Virus record (IMG/VR): IMGVR_UViG_3300033076_001139
Location: 64,001-128,000 of that record
Direction: 5' to 3' (one strand)
DNA from: a virus
Taxonomy: Duplodnaviria > Caudoviricetes
Length of the DNA stretch: 64,000 nucleotides
Made by a program: the position numbers and the translations under genes. Below the pieces are notes generated by a model, which saw only the letters and a program-made list of their open reading frames with translations, made no database searches and had not been told where the DNA came from. Shown here in pieces: positions 46,509-55,751 of this stretch. How positions within the stretch are numbered: position 1 is the stretch's first letter; each line of letters begins with the position of its first letter.

Positions 46509-46975
46509 GTTTTGTCCTGCTTGTAGGTTTCAAGTAGCTCTTTGAACCAGGCGTCCGGGAGTACCACGTACTGCTCGTATTTCCCGGCACGGTCTTGTGG
46601 CCGGAATTCGATAGTAAATGCGGGGATCTCGCCGTCGTTTGCCTGCGCGATGAGCTTGTGTAGGTCTTCTAGTTTTAGCGAAAAGGACTTCTTCTCTGTG
46701 CTCTTGCACTCCATGCGGAACCCTTCCCCCTTAACATCGCCCTTGTCGACTGGGGTAGAGCCGGAGGCGATAGTGCGGCGGCCTTCATACCGCTTCGCAT
46801 TTATCTTCTCCTGCCTGTCCGAAATCGTACGGGTGGGACGTGTAAGAGGAGGAGGGGCCGCATCCTCAAGTTGAGATGGCCGGAGAACGCTCCCGCAGCC
46901 ACCACAAGAGAATGACGACCCGCTCCAGTGCCGCAGGTCCGTGCTCCCGCAGTTAGGGCAGCACTTCTGCGCCAT
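46505..46975 (-). CDS. Hjc-like PD-(D/E)xK resolvase with N-terminal zinc ribbon
   Basis: CPNC..CGGC; QE...A...G....SG....KGDV....ECKST. Confidence 0.75.
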   Translation of the reverse strand: MAQKCCPNCGSTDLRHWSGSSFSCGGCGSVLRPSQLEDAAPPPLTRPTRTISDRQEKINAKRYEGRRTIASGSTPVDKGDVKGEGFRMECKSTEKKSFSLKLEDLHKLIAQANDGEIPAFTIEFRPQDRAGKYEQYVVLPDAWFKELLETYKQDKT

Positions 46976-48198
46976 TAGTCCATGTCCTCGTCAGTGTAAT
47001 TGCACTTGATGCCCGCCTCGTGCAGCGTGAGGCGTTCAATCTCGGCAAGCACTTCGGGGCCAAGCTCACGAACCTTTTCCGTGAACGCGTCGATGCCGCG
47101 CACAGTGAGGTCCCCGAATTCGTACATCGCACCGTTCTTGCTGACCACGTCGTAGTCGGCAGCAACGCGGATGGACTCCTTCACGCGGTCAAACCCGACG
47201 AGGGAGAAGATGAAGTCATAATTGCCCTTGCCGCCTTCGTGGCCGCCGGCCTTTTGCTTCATGATCTCGTACTCGATGGTCTTTCCGATGCGAACCTGAG
47301 ACTCGCCGATCTTCTTGTTCACATAAGCAAGCCGACGTAGCTGGATGGTGACCCAGCGTGCGTGCTTGAGTGCGTGGCCGCCTGCCTCAATCGTGTCCGG
47401 AGAAAACGGCGTAGCCTTCTTCATGTTGTCTCGGACCTGGTTGATGCCGAGGATGCATGTGAGGTTGGGCATGCCGTTCTTGTCGGGAGCAGTCGCAGCA
47501 TTGATGCGCTTCGCAAACTGGCTGTTCACAATCGACGCGCCGCCTGGGCGGACGTTGTCCTCAAGTGTGTTCTGGTCTTCGAGTTCCGTCAGCATAGAGC
47601 CGAAGGAGTCGATCATCACCACATTGAACTCGCGCGAGGCGACCATCTCCGTAGCGATGGACAACGCACGCTCTGCCGTGTCGGGCGGACAGACCACGAA
47701 CTCCCCAATCTGGTCGGAGAACGCGGCGCGCTCTTCGGCAGAGAAACGGAAAGACTCGTCCTGCCTAGATGCGGCCTCGGCACGCTCGATTGAGCGAATT
47801 TCCTGTGGCGAAAGTGCGATGCGAACACCGCAGTCACGCGCAAAGAGCTTGTCGTACGGCATCTCAAGAGAGACAACGCCAATGCGACAACGATCACCAA
47901 ACAGGATCTGCTGGTTCTTGATGACCTGATTGCAAAGCCAGTTCTTGCCGATGCCTTCCGGAGCAACAAGCATCGTCATGCCGCCGGCGGGAAGCCCACC
48001 GCGCAGATCAATATCCAACTTCAGGATGCCCGTGGGCAGACGACGCATCGCCCACGGCATCGTGTACTCGTCGCCCTTGAAGATGCGGCCCGGATACTTT
48101 GTCTTTAGGGTGTTCATCAGGTTTAGAAAACCTGTGTTGTCCGCGCCGCGAATGGGCTGTTCCGCGCGAGTGGACTCTGCTTTCTTACGAGGGGGCAC
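46975..48198 (-). CDS. recA: RecA/UvsX recombinase
   Basis: TGILKLDIDL.GGLP.G, Walker A APEGIGKN, IDS, INQVR, GGHALKH. GGAGG RBS with GTG start. Confidence 0.93.
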   Translation of the reverse strand: MPPRKKAESTRAEQPIRGADNTGFLNLMNTLKTKYPGRIFKGDEYTMPWAMRRLPTGILKLDIDLRGGLPAGGMTMLVAPEGIGKNWLCNQVIKNQQILFGDRCRIGVVSLEMPYDKLFARDCGVRIALSPQEIRSIERAEAASRQDESFRFSAEERAAFSDQIGEFVVCPPDTAERALSIATEMVASREFNVVMIDSFGSMLTELEDQNTLEDNVRPGGASIVNSQFAKRINAATAPDKNGMPNLTCILGINQVRDNMKKATPFSPDTIEAGGHALKHARWVTIQLRRLAYVNKKIGESQVRIGKTIEYEIMKQKAGGHEGGKGNYDFIFSLVGFDRVKESIRVAADYDVVSKNGAMYEFGDLTVRGIDAFTEKVRELGPEVLAEIERLTLHEAGIKCNYTDEDMD

Positions 48199-48225
48199 GT
48201 TTCCTCCGAATGGGAGGGACGGCTC

Positions 48226-48405
48226 CTACCGACGGAAGTCCTTGTTGATCTTCCGAGGTTCCCACGGAGCCGTCCCGCAGGTGGGACAGTGGGGCGTCTG
48301 GTAGCGGTAATCCACGCTCTTGCTGCCACAGGACGGGCAAGGACGCCCGGCCAAAGATGCAACCTTCGTGGCCTCTTCCTCAATCACTACTGCGAACTTG
48401 TCCAT
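48226..48405 (-). CDS. 59-aa zinc-ribbon protein, absent from the ORF track
   Basis: Manual translation MDKFAVVIEEEATKVASLAGRPCPSCGSKSVDYRYQTPHCPTCGTAPWEPRKINKDFRR*; GAGG RBS. Confidence 0.8.
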   Translation of the reverse strand: MDKFAVVIEEEATKVASLAGRPCPSCGSKSVDYRYQTPHCPTCGTAPWEPRKINKDFRR

Positions 48406-48688
48406 CGGTTACCTCGGAGCCCCACTGGTTCAGGAGCTTTCGCAAGCTCACGTAGGGCCGTACATAGAGTACTAACCGTTTCACCTTTCGGCGAGGTTTT
48501 CCGGGAGCGGCAACAGACAAGGTTCGTTCTTCCGTGTGGACACGGAAAAGTGTGCGGAAAACAATTTCTTCTTGGGCAACGAGGGCGTCCCGGAGCACCC
48601 GGATCTGCGCCTGAAGCAGATGCCTCACCGTGGGCTCCGGGTACCCAGACTCCTTCACCATGCGGCGAATGAGTTCTTCGTGGGTCAT
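48380..48688 (-). CDS. HU/IHF-like DNA-binding protein, divergent
   Basis: MT..ELI......G.......L......L..AL...E.I.F..LF...RP...LRK.LN. Confidence 0.75.
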   Translation of the reverse strand: MTHEELIRRMVKESGYPEPTVRHLLQAQIRVLRDALVAQEEIVFRTLFRVHTEERTLSVAAPGKPRRKVKRLVLYVRPYVSLRKLLNQWGSEVTDGQVRSSD

Positions 48689-51102
48689 TTTGCCTCACCC
48701 CAGGTCTTCGCAGCGTGGATCGAGACGGTCAGGGGAACCGACAGATCCTCGTCAAAGGGATGCTCCATCAAGAACTTGATGCGCTCCTTCGCCGCAGCCA
48801 CGTACTCAGGGATGTCAGGAACCTCGAAAACCAACTCGTCGTGGATCTGCAAGAGCATGCGCGCTCCGAACTCTCGGAGGTAAGGATCGCGCTCGCACTT
48901 GAGCATCGCAGCCTGTGCAACGTCCGCAGCAGAACCTTGGATGCGGGAGTTGAACGCTTGACGCTCAGCCTGAGAAGCCACACCGCGGTCGTCGGAGATA
49001 ATGTCCGGCAGACGACGGAACCGGCCCGTGATCGTCTGGACGTACAGCTTCTCTGCGCACTCTTCGTGGGTGGCGTCAATGGCTTCCTTGAGTCCGGGGT
49101 AAACCTCAAACACGCCGTCAATAATCGCCTGCGCTTCGGGACAAGTCTCGCGAATCTTTCCATTACGCTGCTTCGTGCGAACAATCGGCTTTCCTAGCTG
49201 CGTGCCCAGCTTGGCCGCTCCGATGCCGTAGAAAATGCCGAACAGTGCGCTCTTGTTGCCGGAGCGAATGTCGATCAGCCTCTCCTGCTCTGGAGTCGGG
49301 TTGTCCGCCTTCTTTGCTGCAATGAAGTCTGCGTACGGAATTCCGGTAAGGCTGGCCGAGGTCTTGGAGTGAACGTCCAGTCCCTGCCGCAGCGTGTCGA
49401 TAAGTACCTCGTCCCCACTGACGTGCGCCGCAATCTTGACCTCAAGCTGATCGTAGTCAGCCACGATCAACGTCATGGGCGTATCGTCGGGGAGAATCGG
49501 CACGGGAATATCCGCGACCTCTGGCATGCACCAGGCAGGGTCACAGTCGCCCCACTTGCCGGCAATGAACAACTTGCGAATGACGCGACCCCAGTCTCCC
49601 TTTGCGGGGATGTTCTGTAGGTTTGGATCACCGGAAGAAAGGCGGCCAGTACGCGCGCCGTGTGCCTTCAAGTCGGTGTGGATGCGGTTGCGGAAATCGA
49701 CCCACTGTGGAAGACCGGAGAAGTACGTACCCTCCAGCTTGCTCAACTCTCTGTGAGCGATGATTTCTTTCGCGAGGAAATTGCCCCGCTCTGCCCACTC
49801 CTCAAGTGTCTCGGCATCGGTGGACGGAAGCTTTGTTCCTGTCTCTCCGCCGCTCGTCCATCGCTTTGGGGCATCCCCAAACGGATCAAACCACCCCGTG
49901 CTGTTCTGCGTGTAGAACAGTTTACGAAGCTGGATAGGGCTGTTGAGGTTTACATCCGGGTTTTTCGTCAGCTTGACGACCTTCCGCTCGATGGCCTCAA
50001 TGTCCTTCTTCATCTGCACCGCGTGTGCGTTGATCTGATCGAGGTCGATGGCGAACCCACGACGCTCGCAGTTCCAGAGAACGCGCAGGAACGGGGCAGC
50101 AACCTGTTCGTACCGTTCTCGGGTATTTCGACCCTCACCCTCATCAATTGCGGCAAGCTCCTCACGCAGAACGGTGGACAACTCGTAGGAGGCCCAGGCG
50201 TCAAGCGAGGCATAGTCCGCCACCGACAGCGTAAGCATGTCGAGCGGATCGTCGTCCACCTGAACACGCTTCATCAGCGCGTACTGGAGGACATGCGCCA
50301 TCTCTGAGGCGATTGCAGACGTATTCGCCTCAAGCTCCTTCTCTGCTCGTGGGAAATCCACAGGAGACAACGGGACGCCAAGAAGGGCAAATGCTTCTAC
50401 GACCGACCCGTACTTCTTTACCGTGCTCTTTTCTACCAACCCGTGAAGGCGGGCCATGGAGAGCATCTTCTTGATGGGCAGAGGTTCCCCGCTCTGGCGC
50501 GCAAGGGACAGCTTCTTAAGACTGTCCATCACTTCCTCATCGCCAGAAGCGCGCTTCAGGGTAACGAGGATTTCCGCAGCCTTCTCATGGTCCTGCGCCT
50601 CAATGACATCGTGGAAAAGACAGACGGCTGCCACCTCGTCATTCTTCCTTCCAAGCTTTCCGAAGACCTCGGTAAACGGGGCCATCCGGAGGCCGAGGAA
50701 TTCCTTGGAGCACTCCTTCAAGCCGTGCTGGCCCATCCGGTTCTCGTCGTAGTGCCAGCTCATGTGAACCGTATCTACGATGTGTCCCTGGACCAGAATT
50801 CCGTGGTTAGCCACCATGTGCATGTCGAATTTCGCATTCGACATACGCTTTTCAATTTCCGGATCCTGCAAGATTGGCGCAAAGACGTCCAACAATTCTA
50901 CTGGCGCAGCAATACGACTCGACCCGTCCGAGAACGAGAAGAACTTGATGCGTGCCTCGGTCTTGCTCAGACCCGTAGTCTCAGTGTCGAAGGCGACAGA
51001 GTCGCAGGCAGCGTAGCGAGCAGCCCACTTCTTTGCCTCTTCGAGCGTTGAGACGTACACAGGGTCCGGCGTGCGAACGAACTGATACCCGTGCGTGCTC
51101 AT
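48685..51102 (-). CDS. polA: Family A DNA polymerase with 3'-5' exonuclease
   Basis: FDTETTG, NAKFD, YASLDA; TGRLSS.DPNLQNIP, ADYDQLE, R...K...FG..YG, QIHDELVFE. GGAGG RBS before ATG 51102. Confidence 0.96.
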   Translation of the reverse strand: MSTHGYQFVRTPDPVYVSTLEEAKKWAARYAACDSVAFDTETTGLSKTEARIKFFSFSDGSSRIAAPVELLDVFAPILQDPEIEKRMSNAKFDMHMVANHGILVQGHIVDTVHMSWHYDENRMGQHGLKECSKEFLGLRMAPFTEVFGKLGRKNDEVAAVCLFHDVIEAQDHEKAAEILVTLKRASGDEEVMDSLKKLSLARQSGEPLPIKKMLSMARLHGLVEKSTVKKYGSVVEAFALLGVPLSPVDFPRAEKELEANTSAIASEMAHVLQYALMKRVQVDDDPLDMLTLSVADYASLDAWASYELSTVLREELAAIDEGEGRNTRERYEQVAAPFLRVLWNCERRGFAIDLDQINAHAVQMKKDIEAIERKVVKLTKNPDVNLNSPIQLRKLFYTQNSTGWFDPFGDAPKRWTSGGETGTKLPSTDAETLEEWAERGNFLAKEIIAHRELSKLEGTYFSGLPQWVDFRNRIHTDLKAHGARTGRLSSGDPNLQNIPAKGDWGRVIRKLFIAGKWGDCDPAWCMPEVADIPVPILPDDTPMTLIVADYDQLEVKIAAHVSGDEVLIDTLRQGLDVHSKTSASLTGIPYADFIAAKKADNPTPEQERLIDIRSGNKSALFGIFYGIGAAKLGTQLGKPIVRTKQRNGKIRETCPEAQAIIDGVFEVYPGLKEAIDATHEECAEKLYVQTITGRFRRLPDIISDDRGVASQAERQAFNSRIQGSAADVAQAAMLKCERDPYLREFGARMLLQIHDELVFEVPDIPEYVAAAKERIKFLMEHPFDEDLSVPLTVSIHAAKTWGEAK

Positions 51103-51169
51103 GCCTACCCTCCGAGATAAAAAATGCCGGTCTTTCCCGGCTGTCAGCACTAACTGTGCAAGTTGCTAA

Positions 51170-52324
51170 TCAGCGTCCGAAACGCTTCACGCCGCCGGCC
51201 GGGCCGTTGCCCTGCGCGCCGTAAGAACGCGTCTGTGGCTTGGCGGGCTCTCCAAAGGGATTGTTGATCCCAAGGAGCGACGACACGTACTGACTGTCGG
51301 AGGCTGCAAAGACCTGCTCGAAGTCGAACTGCGTCATCGAGCCCGCGACGTTGTCGGCCCACACAGGGGTCACGCCTTCGGCACCAACGTCCCAGTCCTT
51401 CACAAGGGCGTTGTTGTCCGCGAGCGTGAACTCCGTGAGCGGAACGATCTTCTCGACCATGATGGTCGAGGCGGTGTTCTCGCCGTGCTTGCGGACATAC
51501 GCAACCACGTCAAACACGCTCATCGGCGACGGCTCCTCGCAGGAGTCACAGATCGTGATGATCTTCGTGAACCCGAGGTGGCCACAGGACGAGCAACGCT
51601 GACGGCTGCCGGAGTACTCGTTGACCTGCTTGGCGGTCATGTTCGAGTTCTCCACGTCGCACAGCAGCTCGTCGCAGCTCTCGCAGTGGAACGCCGTCGG
51701 AGCAAGAGACCCGCCGCAGAAGCAGAGCTTCGAGGCAAGCTCGTCAATCGCCATAAGGGCTTCAAGGTGGTTGCGGCCCAGGTCGAGGTACTTCCGGCGG
51801 AACAGCGACACGTCACCAGAGGCAACGGCGGCTGCGGGGTTTGCCATGATGTCCTTACGGTCCTTACGGCCCGTAACCTCGTTCCAGCCCATCACCGCGT
51901 CGCCACGGCGATGATCCTTGCCGTCCTCACTGTAGGTAACAACCTTGCCGTCCTTGTCCTTGATCGGCTCCTTCCGGTAGATCGAAAGATGCAGGACGTT
52001 CAACGCGAACTTGTCGCGCGTCGTAACGCGGGGGTCGCCGCCGTCCTTGGCGTAGCAGCCAACGCACTCGTGCCCAGAGCACGGGATCTCTCGGAAAGAG
52101 CCAGGACCAGAGGCCGCCAGCTTCAGCGAGTGAACCGTGTGCGGGTAGTAGGCCAGCTCACCCTGCTGCTTGCCACGGGGATCCTCGTACTTGCCGCGAA
52201 GAAGGAGGATAGGCGTCGCCTCATCCTTCGGCACGTCGAGGCGGTCGCGGAAAGAGCCGCGCCATCCCTTGCCATTCTTTTCCTTGCGCTCTCCCATGAC
52301 GGAGTTGCGAAACGTACTGCGCAT
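51170..52324 (-). CDS. Putative ssDNA-binding protein, gp32-like, with extra zinc ribbons
   Basis: Lies between primase and polymerase; H...C...C..C followed by four further CxC/CxxC pairs. GGAG RBS before ATG 52324. Confidence 0.5.
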   Translation of the reverse strand: MRSTFRNSVMGERKEKNGKGWRGSFRDRLDVPKDEATPILLLRGKYEDPRGKQQGELAYYPHTVHSLKLAASGPGSFREIPCSGHECVGCYAKDGGDPRVTTRDKFALNVLHLSIYRKEPIKDKDGKVVTYSEDGKDHRRGDAVMGWNEVTGRKDRKDIMANPAAAVASGDVSLFRRKYLDLGRNHLEALMAIDELASKLCFCGGSLAPTAFHCESCDELLCDVENSNMTAKQVNEYSGSRQRCSSCGHLGFTKIITICDSCEEPSPMSVFDVVAYVRKHGENTASTIMVEKIVPLTEFTLADNNALVKDWDVGAEGVTPVWADNVAGSMTQFDFEQVFAASDSQYVSSLLGINNPFGEPAKPQTRSYGAQGNGPAGGVKRFGR

Positions 52325-53294
52325 GTTGTTTGCTCCAGATAGATAGGGACAAAGCCCTGTGTACAGCGTCCTGCAAAGCTTCGGTAGATAGCCCATCGGG
52401 CTGCTGAACTTCAGGCGGATACCGCATAACTAGGACGCGGGCTCCACTAAGCCTATAACCGATTCGCGCCGTGCCTTTGATCCCTGCGGGATTATTGTCG
52501 AGGCATAGGATGATCGGCCCGCCAAGGCGTTCAAGGAACATCTTCTGTACGTCGGTCATGCTGGAGCCCATGAGTGCGACGGTGTTCGGAAACCCGTTCT
52601 GTACCATCCAGAGGCAAGCCTTGAATCCCTCTGTCACGTAAACAGGCGGGCGATCAGGATTGCCGTAGACGTTTGGGTACACGCGATCCCACCGCCAGAG
52701 ATAGTGCCCCTTCTCGATGCGGTAGTTGCGAAAGCCTAGGTCTTGCAGCTCTCGCTGGTAGACCTTGTACTTCTCAAGAGCGTGGCCCGTCACATCTCTG
52801 CCAGAGATCCCAGCCAGGGTCCCGCTGAGGTCGCGGATCGGGAAGGTGATCCTCTGTTGCTCCTCGTCAAACCCCACGTCGTGCGTCCACAGAGTCTCCT
52901 CTGTAAACCCTGCCTCGATGAGGTTGATAGGGCACTCCTCGTACAGACCAAGAATCTTCTCAGGCAGAGGATAGGGCGTCTGAAATAGCCCCCGTGCCTG
53001 TGTAAGATCCTGCTTCTTCTCAACCGGGGTTAGGTGCGGCTTTAGCCGCTCCATCATCGAGTCGACGCGAGGACGCGGCACGTCGAGAAGTTTCAGGAAG
53101 GTGGGAAGCCCTCCTCCGCCACAACCTGCAAAGCAGTACCACATTCCTGTGGCTGCGTTGAAGCTGAAGGAGGGCTTACTCTTTCCTGCCTGCTCTCCGT
53201 GAATCGGACAGAACCCGATCCAGTTGTTGCCGGCTCCTTTCTTTAGCCCCGGTACGTACTTCGAAATCTCGTCGACGACCGGGCCTTGGTTCAT
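52221..53294 (-). CDS. dnaG: DnaG-type primase (CHC2 zinc finger plus TOPRIM)
   Basis: CPIH...PSF.....W.CFAGCG; RITFPIRD..G....SGR; VTEG; LDNN.AG. Confidence 0.9.
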   Translation of the reverse strand: MNQGPVVDEISKYVPGLKKGAGNNWIGFCPIHGEQAGKSKPSFSFNAATGMWYCFAGCGGGGLPTFLKLLDVPRPRVDSMMERLKPHLTPVEKKQDLTQARGLFQTPYPLPEKILGLYEECPINLIEAGFTEETLWTHDVGFDEEQQRITFPIRDLSGTLAGISGRDVTGHALEKYKVYQRELQDLGFRNYRIEKGHYLWRWDRVYPNVYGNPDRPPVYVTEGFKACLWMVQNGFPNTVALMGSSMTDVQKMFLERLGGPIILCLDNNPAGIKGTARIGYRLSGARVLVMRYPPEVQQPDGLSTEALQDAVHRALSLSIWSKQHAQYVSQLRHGRAQGKEWQGMARLFPRPPRRAEG

Positions 53295-54691
53295 ACGCGG
53301 AACATGGGCGTCCTAGGCGGACGCTTCTGTCCCGGCGCAAGGCGATTATTCCCCTGCGCAGCACCCGGCCCCTTGCTGTCCTCTTCTTGGTCCATCGCAC
53401 GCTTGTCGCGAAGGAAAGCCGCGACATCAACGCTAGTCTGGAGCAAGGAGAAGTCAGTGCCCGGAACCGCGTTGATGAGAAACGGGTTGAGCTGCGCCTC
53501 ACGCATACCGGGAAAGGTAAGCATGACTGCGCAGCGTCCGTTCGGCCCACGACCGCGGAAGCATCGCATGACAAGGTCGGCATCCTGACCAATCGCGTCA
53601 GAGCCAGCCAACTCGGAGAGGTCATCTCCGTGAGACTGGTTCGCAGTACGGTTGGCCTGCGTCGTGCCGAGAACGGGGACCTTCAGAGCACGAGCCATCA
53701 GCTTCAGGTCTTGGCTGATGTGAGCGATGTTCTTCCAGTCCGCCGTACGCGTATTCGTGCGGCCGTCTCGCATGAGGTAGAACGCGTCTGCAATTACAAG
53801 GTCGGCACCGAAACGCTCTGCCTTTGCAGCCAGTGCGTCAACCGTGCCACCCTTCTTGTCGGCGTCACCCACGAACATCAAGGACCGCTTGCGCTGCCCG
53901 TTCTGCGTGGCGTTCTCAAGGTTCGTCAGCTCCTCAAGGAACTCGAAGAACTCCTGCTGCTTCTGCGGACTGAGCTTTGCCGTGCGGAGAAGCTCGTAGT
54001 CAATCTTGCAGAGGATCGACGCCGAACGGCGAAGCGTCTGCTCCTTCGACATTTCCTTCGAGTACACGAGGACGCGGCGGTTGCTTTCGTAGGCGTGAAC
54101 GCCCATCGCCAGCGCGAGCCAGGACTTCATGTTCTTGGGGCGGCCGTAGAGCACGAGCAATTCTTCAGGCTGCATACCGCACGTTGCAACGTTCAGCGGG
54201 TCCCACGGGTACGGAATACCCGTGATGCCTCCGGCAAGATGCTTTGTCTCGTACTCCTGACGGAGCAGAGCAGCAGAGCCGGCCATGAGCAGGCCGTCGG
54301 TGTCTGCGGACTGCGAGTTCAAGTCGCGCATGCGGGGCAGAAACGCCGTGAGGACGAGGTAGGGATCTTCGCCCGCGTCCAGCAACTCCTGCACCTCAAG
54401 GCTGACCATCGTCAGCTCCTCTCGCATCTTGTTGGAGAGGATTTCCTGCGTCAGCGCCTCGATGCTGTTCCGGCTCGGGCGGTAGTCGAAGTTCGGAAAC
54501 TTGCGACGAAGCCGCTCCTTGTCGGGAACCTCACCGGGGTGCGCCGGGGAATGAAACTCGTCCCACAACCACCGGAAAACCGTCTTGGCCTCATCCGTGG
54601 AGAAGGTCTCCTGGTTGATGCCCTTCTTTCGCACCGTACTGAAGTCAGCGCGGTCGATAATATTCGAAATCAGCTCGAGTTCGACGTTCAC
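53291..54691 (-). CDS. dnaB: DnaB-like replicative helicase
   Basis: GRPKNMKS, SKEM, VIAD..YLM, ISQDLK.MA....VPV...QANR, SDAIGQDAD. Confidence 0.93.
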   Translation of the reverse strand: MNVELELISNIIDRADFSTVRKKGINQETFSTDEAKTVFRWLWDEFHSPAHPGEVPDKERLRRKFPNFDYRPSRNSIEALTQEILSNKMREELTMVSLEVQELLDAGEDPYLVLTAFLPRMRDLNSQSADTDGLLMAGSAALLRQEYETKHLAGGITGIPYPWDPLNVATCGMQPEELLVLYGRPKNMKSWLALAMGVHAYESNRRVLVYSKEMSKEQTLRRSASILCKIDYELLRTAKLSPQKQQEFFEFLEELTNLENATQNGQRKRSLMFVGDADKKGGTVDALAAKAERFGADLVIADAFYLMRDGRTNTRTADWKNIAHISQDLKLMARALKVPVLGTTQANRTANQSHGDDLSELAGSDAIGQDADLVMRCFRGRGPNGRCAVMLTFPGMREAQLNPFLINAVPGTDFSLLQTSVDVAAFLRDKRAMDQEEDSKGPGAAQGNNRLAPGQKRPPRTPMFRV

Positions 54692-54985
54692 TCACAGCTC
54701 CCAGTCGGGTTCGGTTTGCATGGGTTCGGCAGGAATAGGCGAAGACGACAGCCCAACCGCAGAGTTGATCCTGTCTTGAATCGCCGTTGCCAAGCCGTCC
54801 GCCAGACGAAGAAGGTCCTCGTCGGCGACGCTCGTTGTGCCCGCACCGACTGACCCGGAGAACTCCTCGGTGGCGAGGTCAACAGTGTATCCCACGCGAA
54901 CGGCGATGAGACCATTCGCGTTGCGGTGCACCGTAACTTCGTTGAGAACCAAGGTTACAGGCGCGTCTTTCGGAATGGGCTTCAT
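54692..54985 (-). CDS. Hypothetical protein
   Basis: GAGG RBS; coupled within the operon. Confidence 0.7.
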   Translation of the reverse strand: MKPIPKDAPVTLVLNEVTVHRNANGLIAVRVGYTVDLATEEFSGSVGAGTTSVADEDLLRLADGLATAIQDRINSAVGLSSSPIPAEPMQTEPDWEL

Positions 54986-55317
54986 CGACCCCTCACCTGC
55001 TGGTAACGCTCCCCTGCAAGAAGGAACGCCTCGTGCACAAAAGCCGCAGCTAGGTCCGACGCCTCGGCGTAGGCCTGCTCAACGGTGTCCGTGTCCTGCC
55101 GACAGGCGAGAGACACGGAGGCAAACGCCCCAAAGCCACGACCGTAGTCGTTGTCCTTCATCTCCATAGAGATGGTCACTCGGGCAGCGCCCGTATCATC
55201 AAGACCCTTCAGAGAATCCTTCGGCATATGTACGTCCTCCGCGCTTAGGTCACGTTCGGCAATAAGGTCAGGCTGCCCCGGCACGCGCACGTCGTGCCGG
55301 AGCCTCCCCACAATCAC
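54982..55317 (-). CDS. Hypothetical protein
   Basis: 4-bp overlaps at both ends. Confidence 0.7.
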   Translation of the reverse strand: MIVGRLRHDVRVPGQPDLIAERDLSAEDVHMPKDSLKGLDDTGAARVTISMEMKDNDYGRGFGAFASVSLACRQDTDTVEQAYAEASDLAAAFVHEAFLLAGERYQQVRGR

Positions 55318-55751
55318 TGCTTGAACCGAGACGGCATGTAGACGCGGGGAGTGTCCTCCTCAACGCGGACAAACTCGGAGTACTCACTCTGCAAGTCGGA
55401 GGGCAGACGGGCCAGCTGGTCCGTGTTGACCTCGAAATACAGAAGGCCAAAATCCTCAACAAGACGCGTCAACTCCCCGCGAGCGCGGGCCTTCTCGATC
55501 AGGTTTGCTCGATCAACAACCGTCTTCTTGTACGGCTTCACCTGAAACGTGAACCCAGCAGCCTCAACCGTCTTCTTTCCCTGCCGCAGCAGATCCTCAA
55601 CCGTCTTTCGCTCGCGCGCGATCTCCGCGCCAAGAAAGTCGATGCGCTCGAAGTCCTCAGCATGCTGCTCACGGATCTCGTTGAGGATCAGTTCCTTCTC
55701 TTCGGTAAACTCGACCAGCTTCGCGATGGCCTCGGCCATTTCATCGGTCAT
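55314..55751 (-). CDS. Coiled-coil protein, Gam/Gp157-like architecture
   Basis: N-terminal coiled coil followed by short beta strands; ATGA overlap. Confidence 0.55.
   Translation of the reverse strand: MTDEMAEAIAKLVEFTEEKELILNEIREQHAEDFERIDFLGAEIARERKTVEDLLRQGKKTVEAAGFTFQVKPYKKTVVDRANLIEKARARGELTRLVEDFGLLYFEVNTDQLARLPSDLQSEYSEFVRVEEDTPRVYMPSRFKQ

Noticed and set aside
48685-54691. Inteins or introns in polA, dnaG or dnaB
   Set aside because: The ORFs are continuous, with no intein terminal motifs or homing-endonuclease signatures.
53387-54853. 488-aa + strand ORF opposite dnaB
   Set aside because: Antisense shadow of a GC3-biased gene; no motifs or SD.
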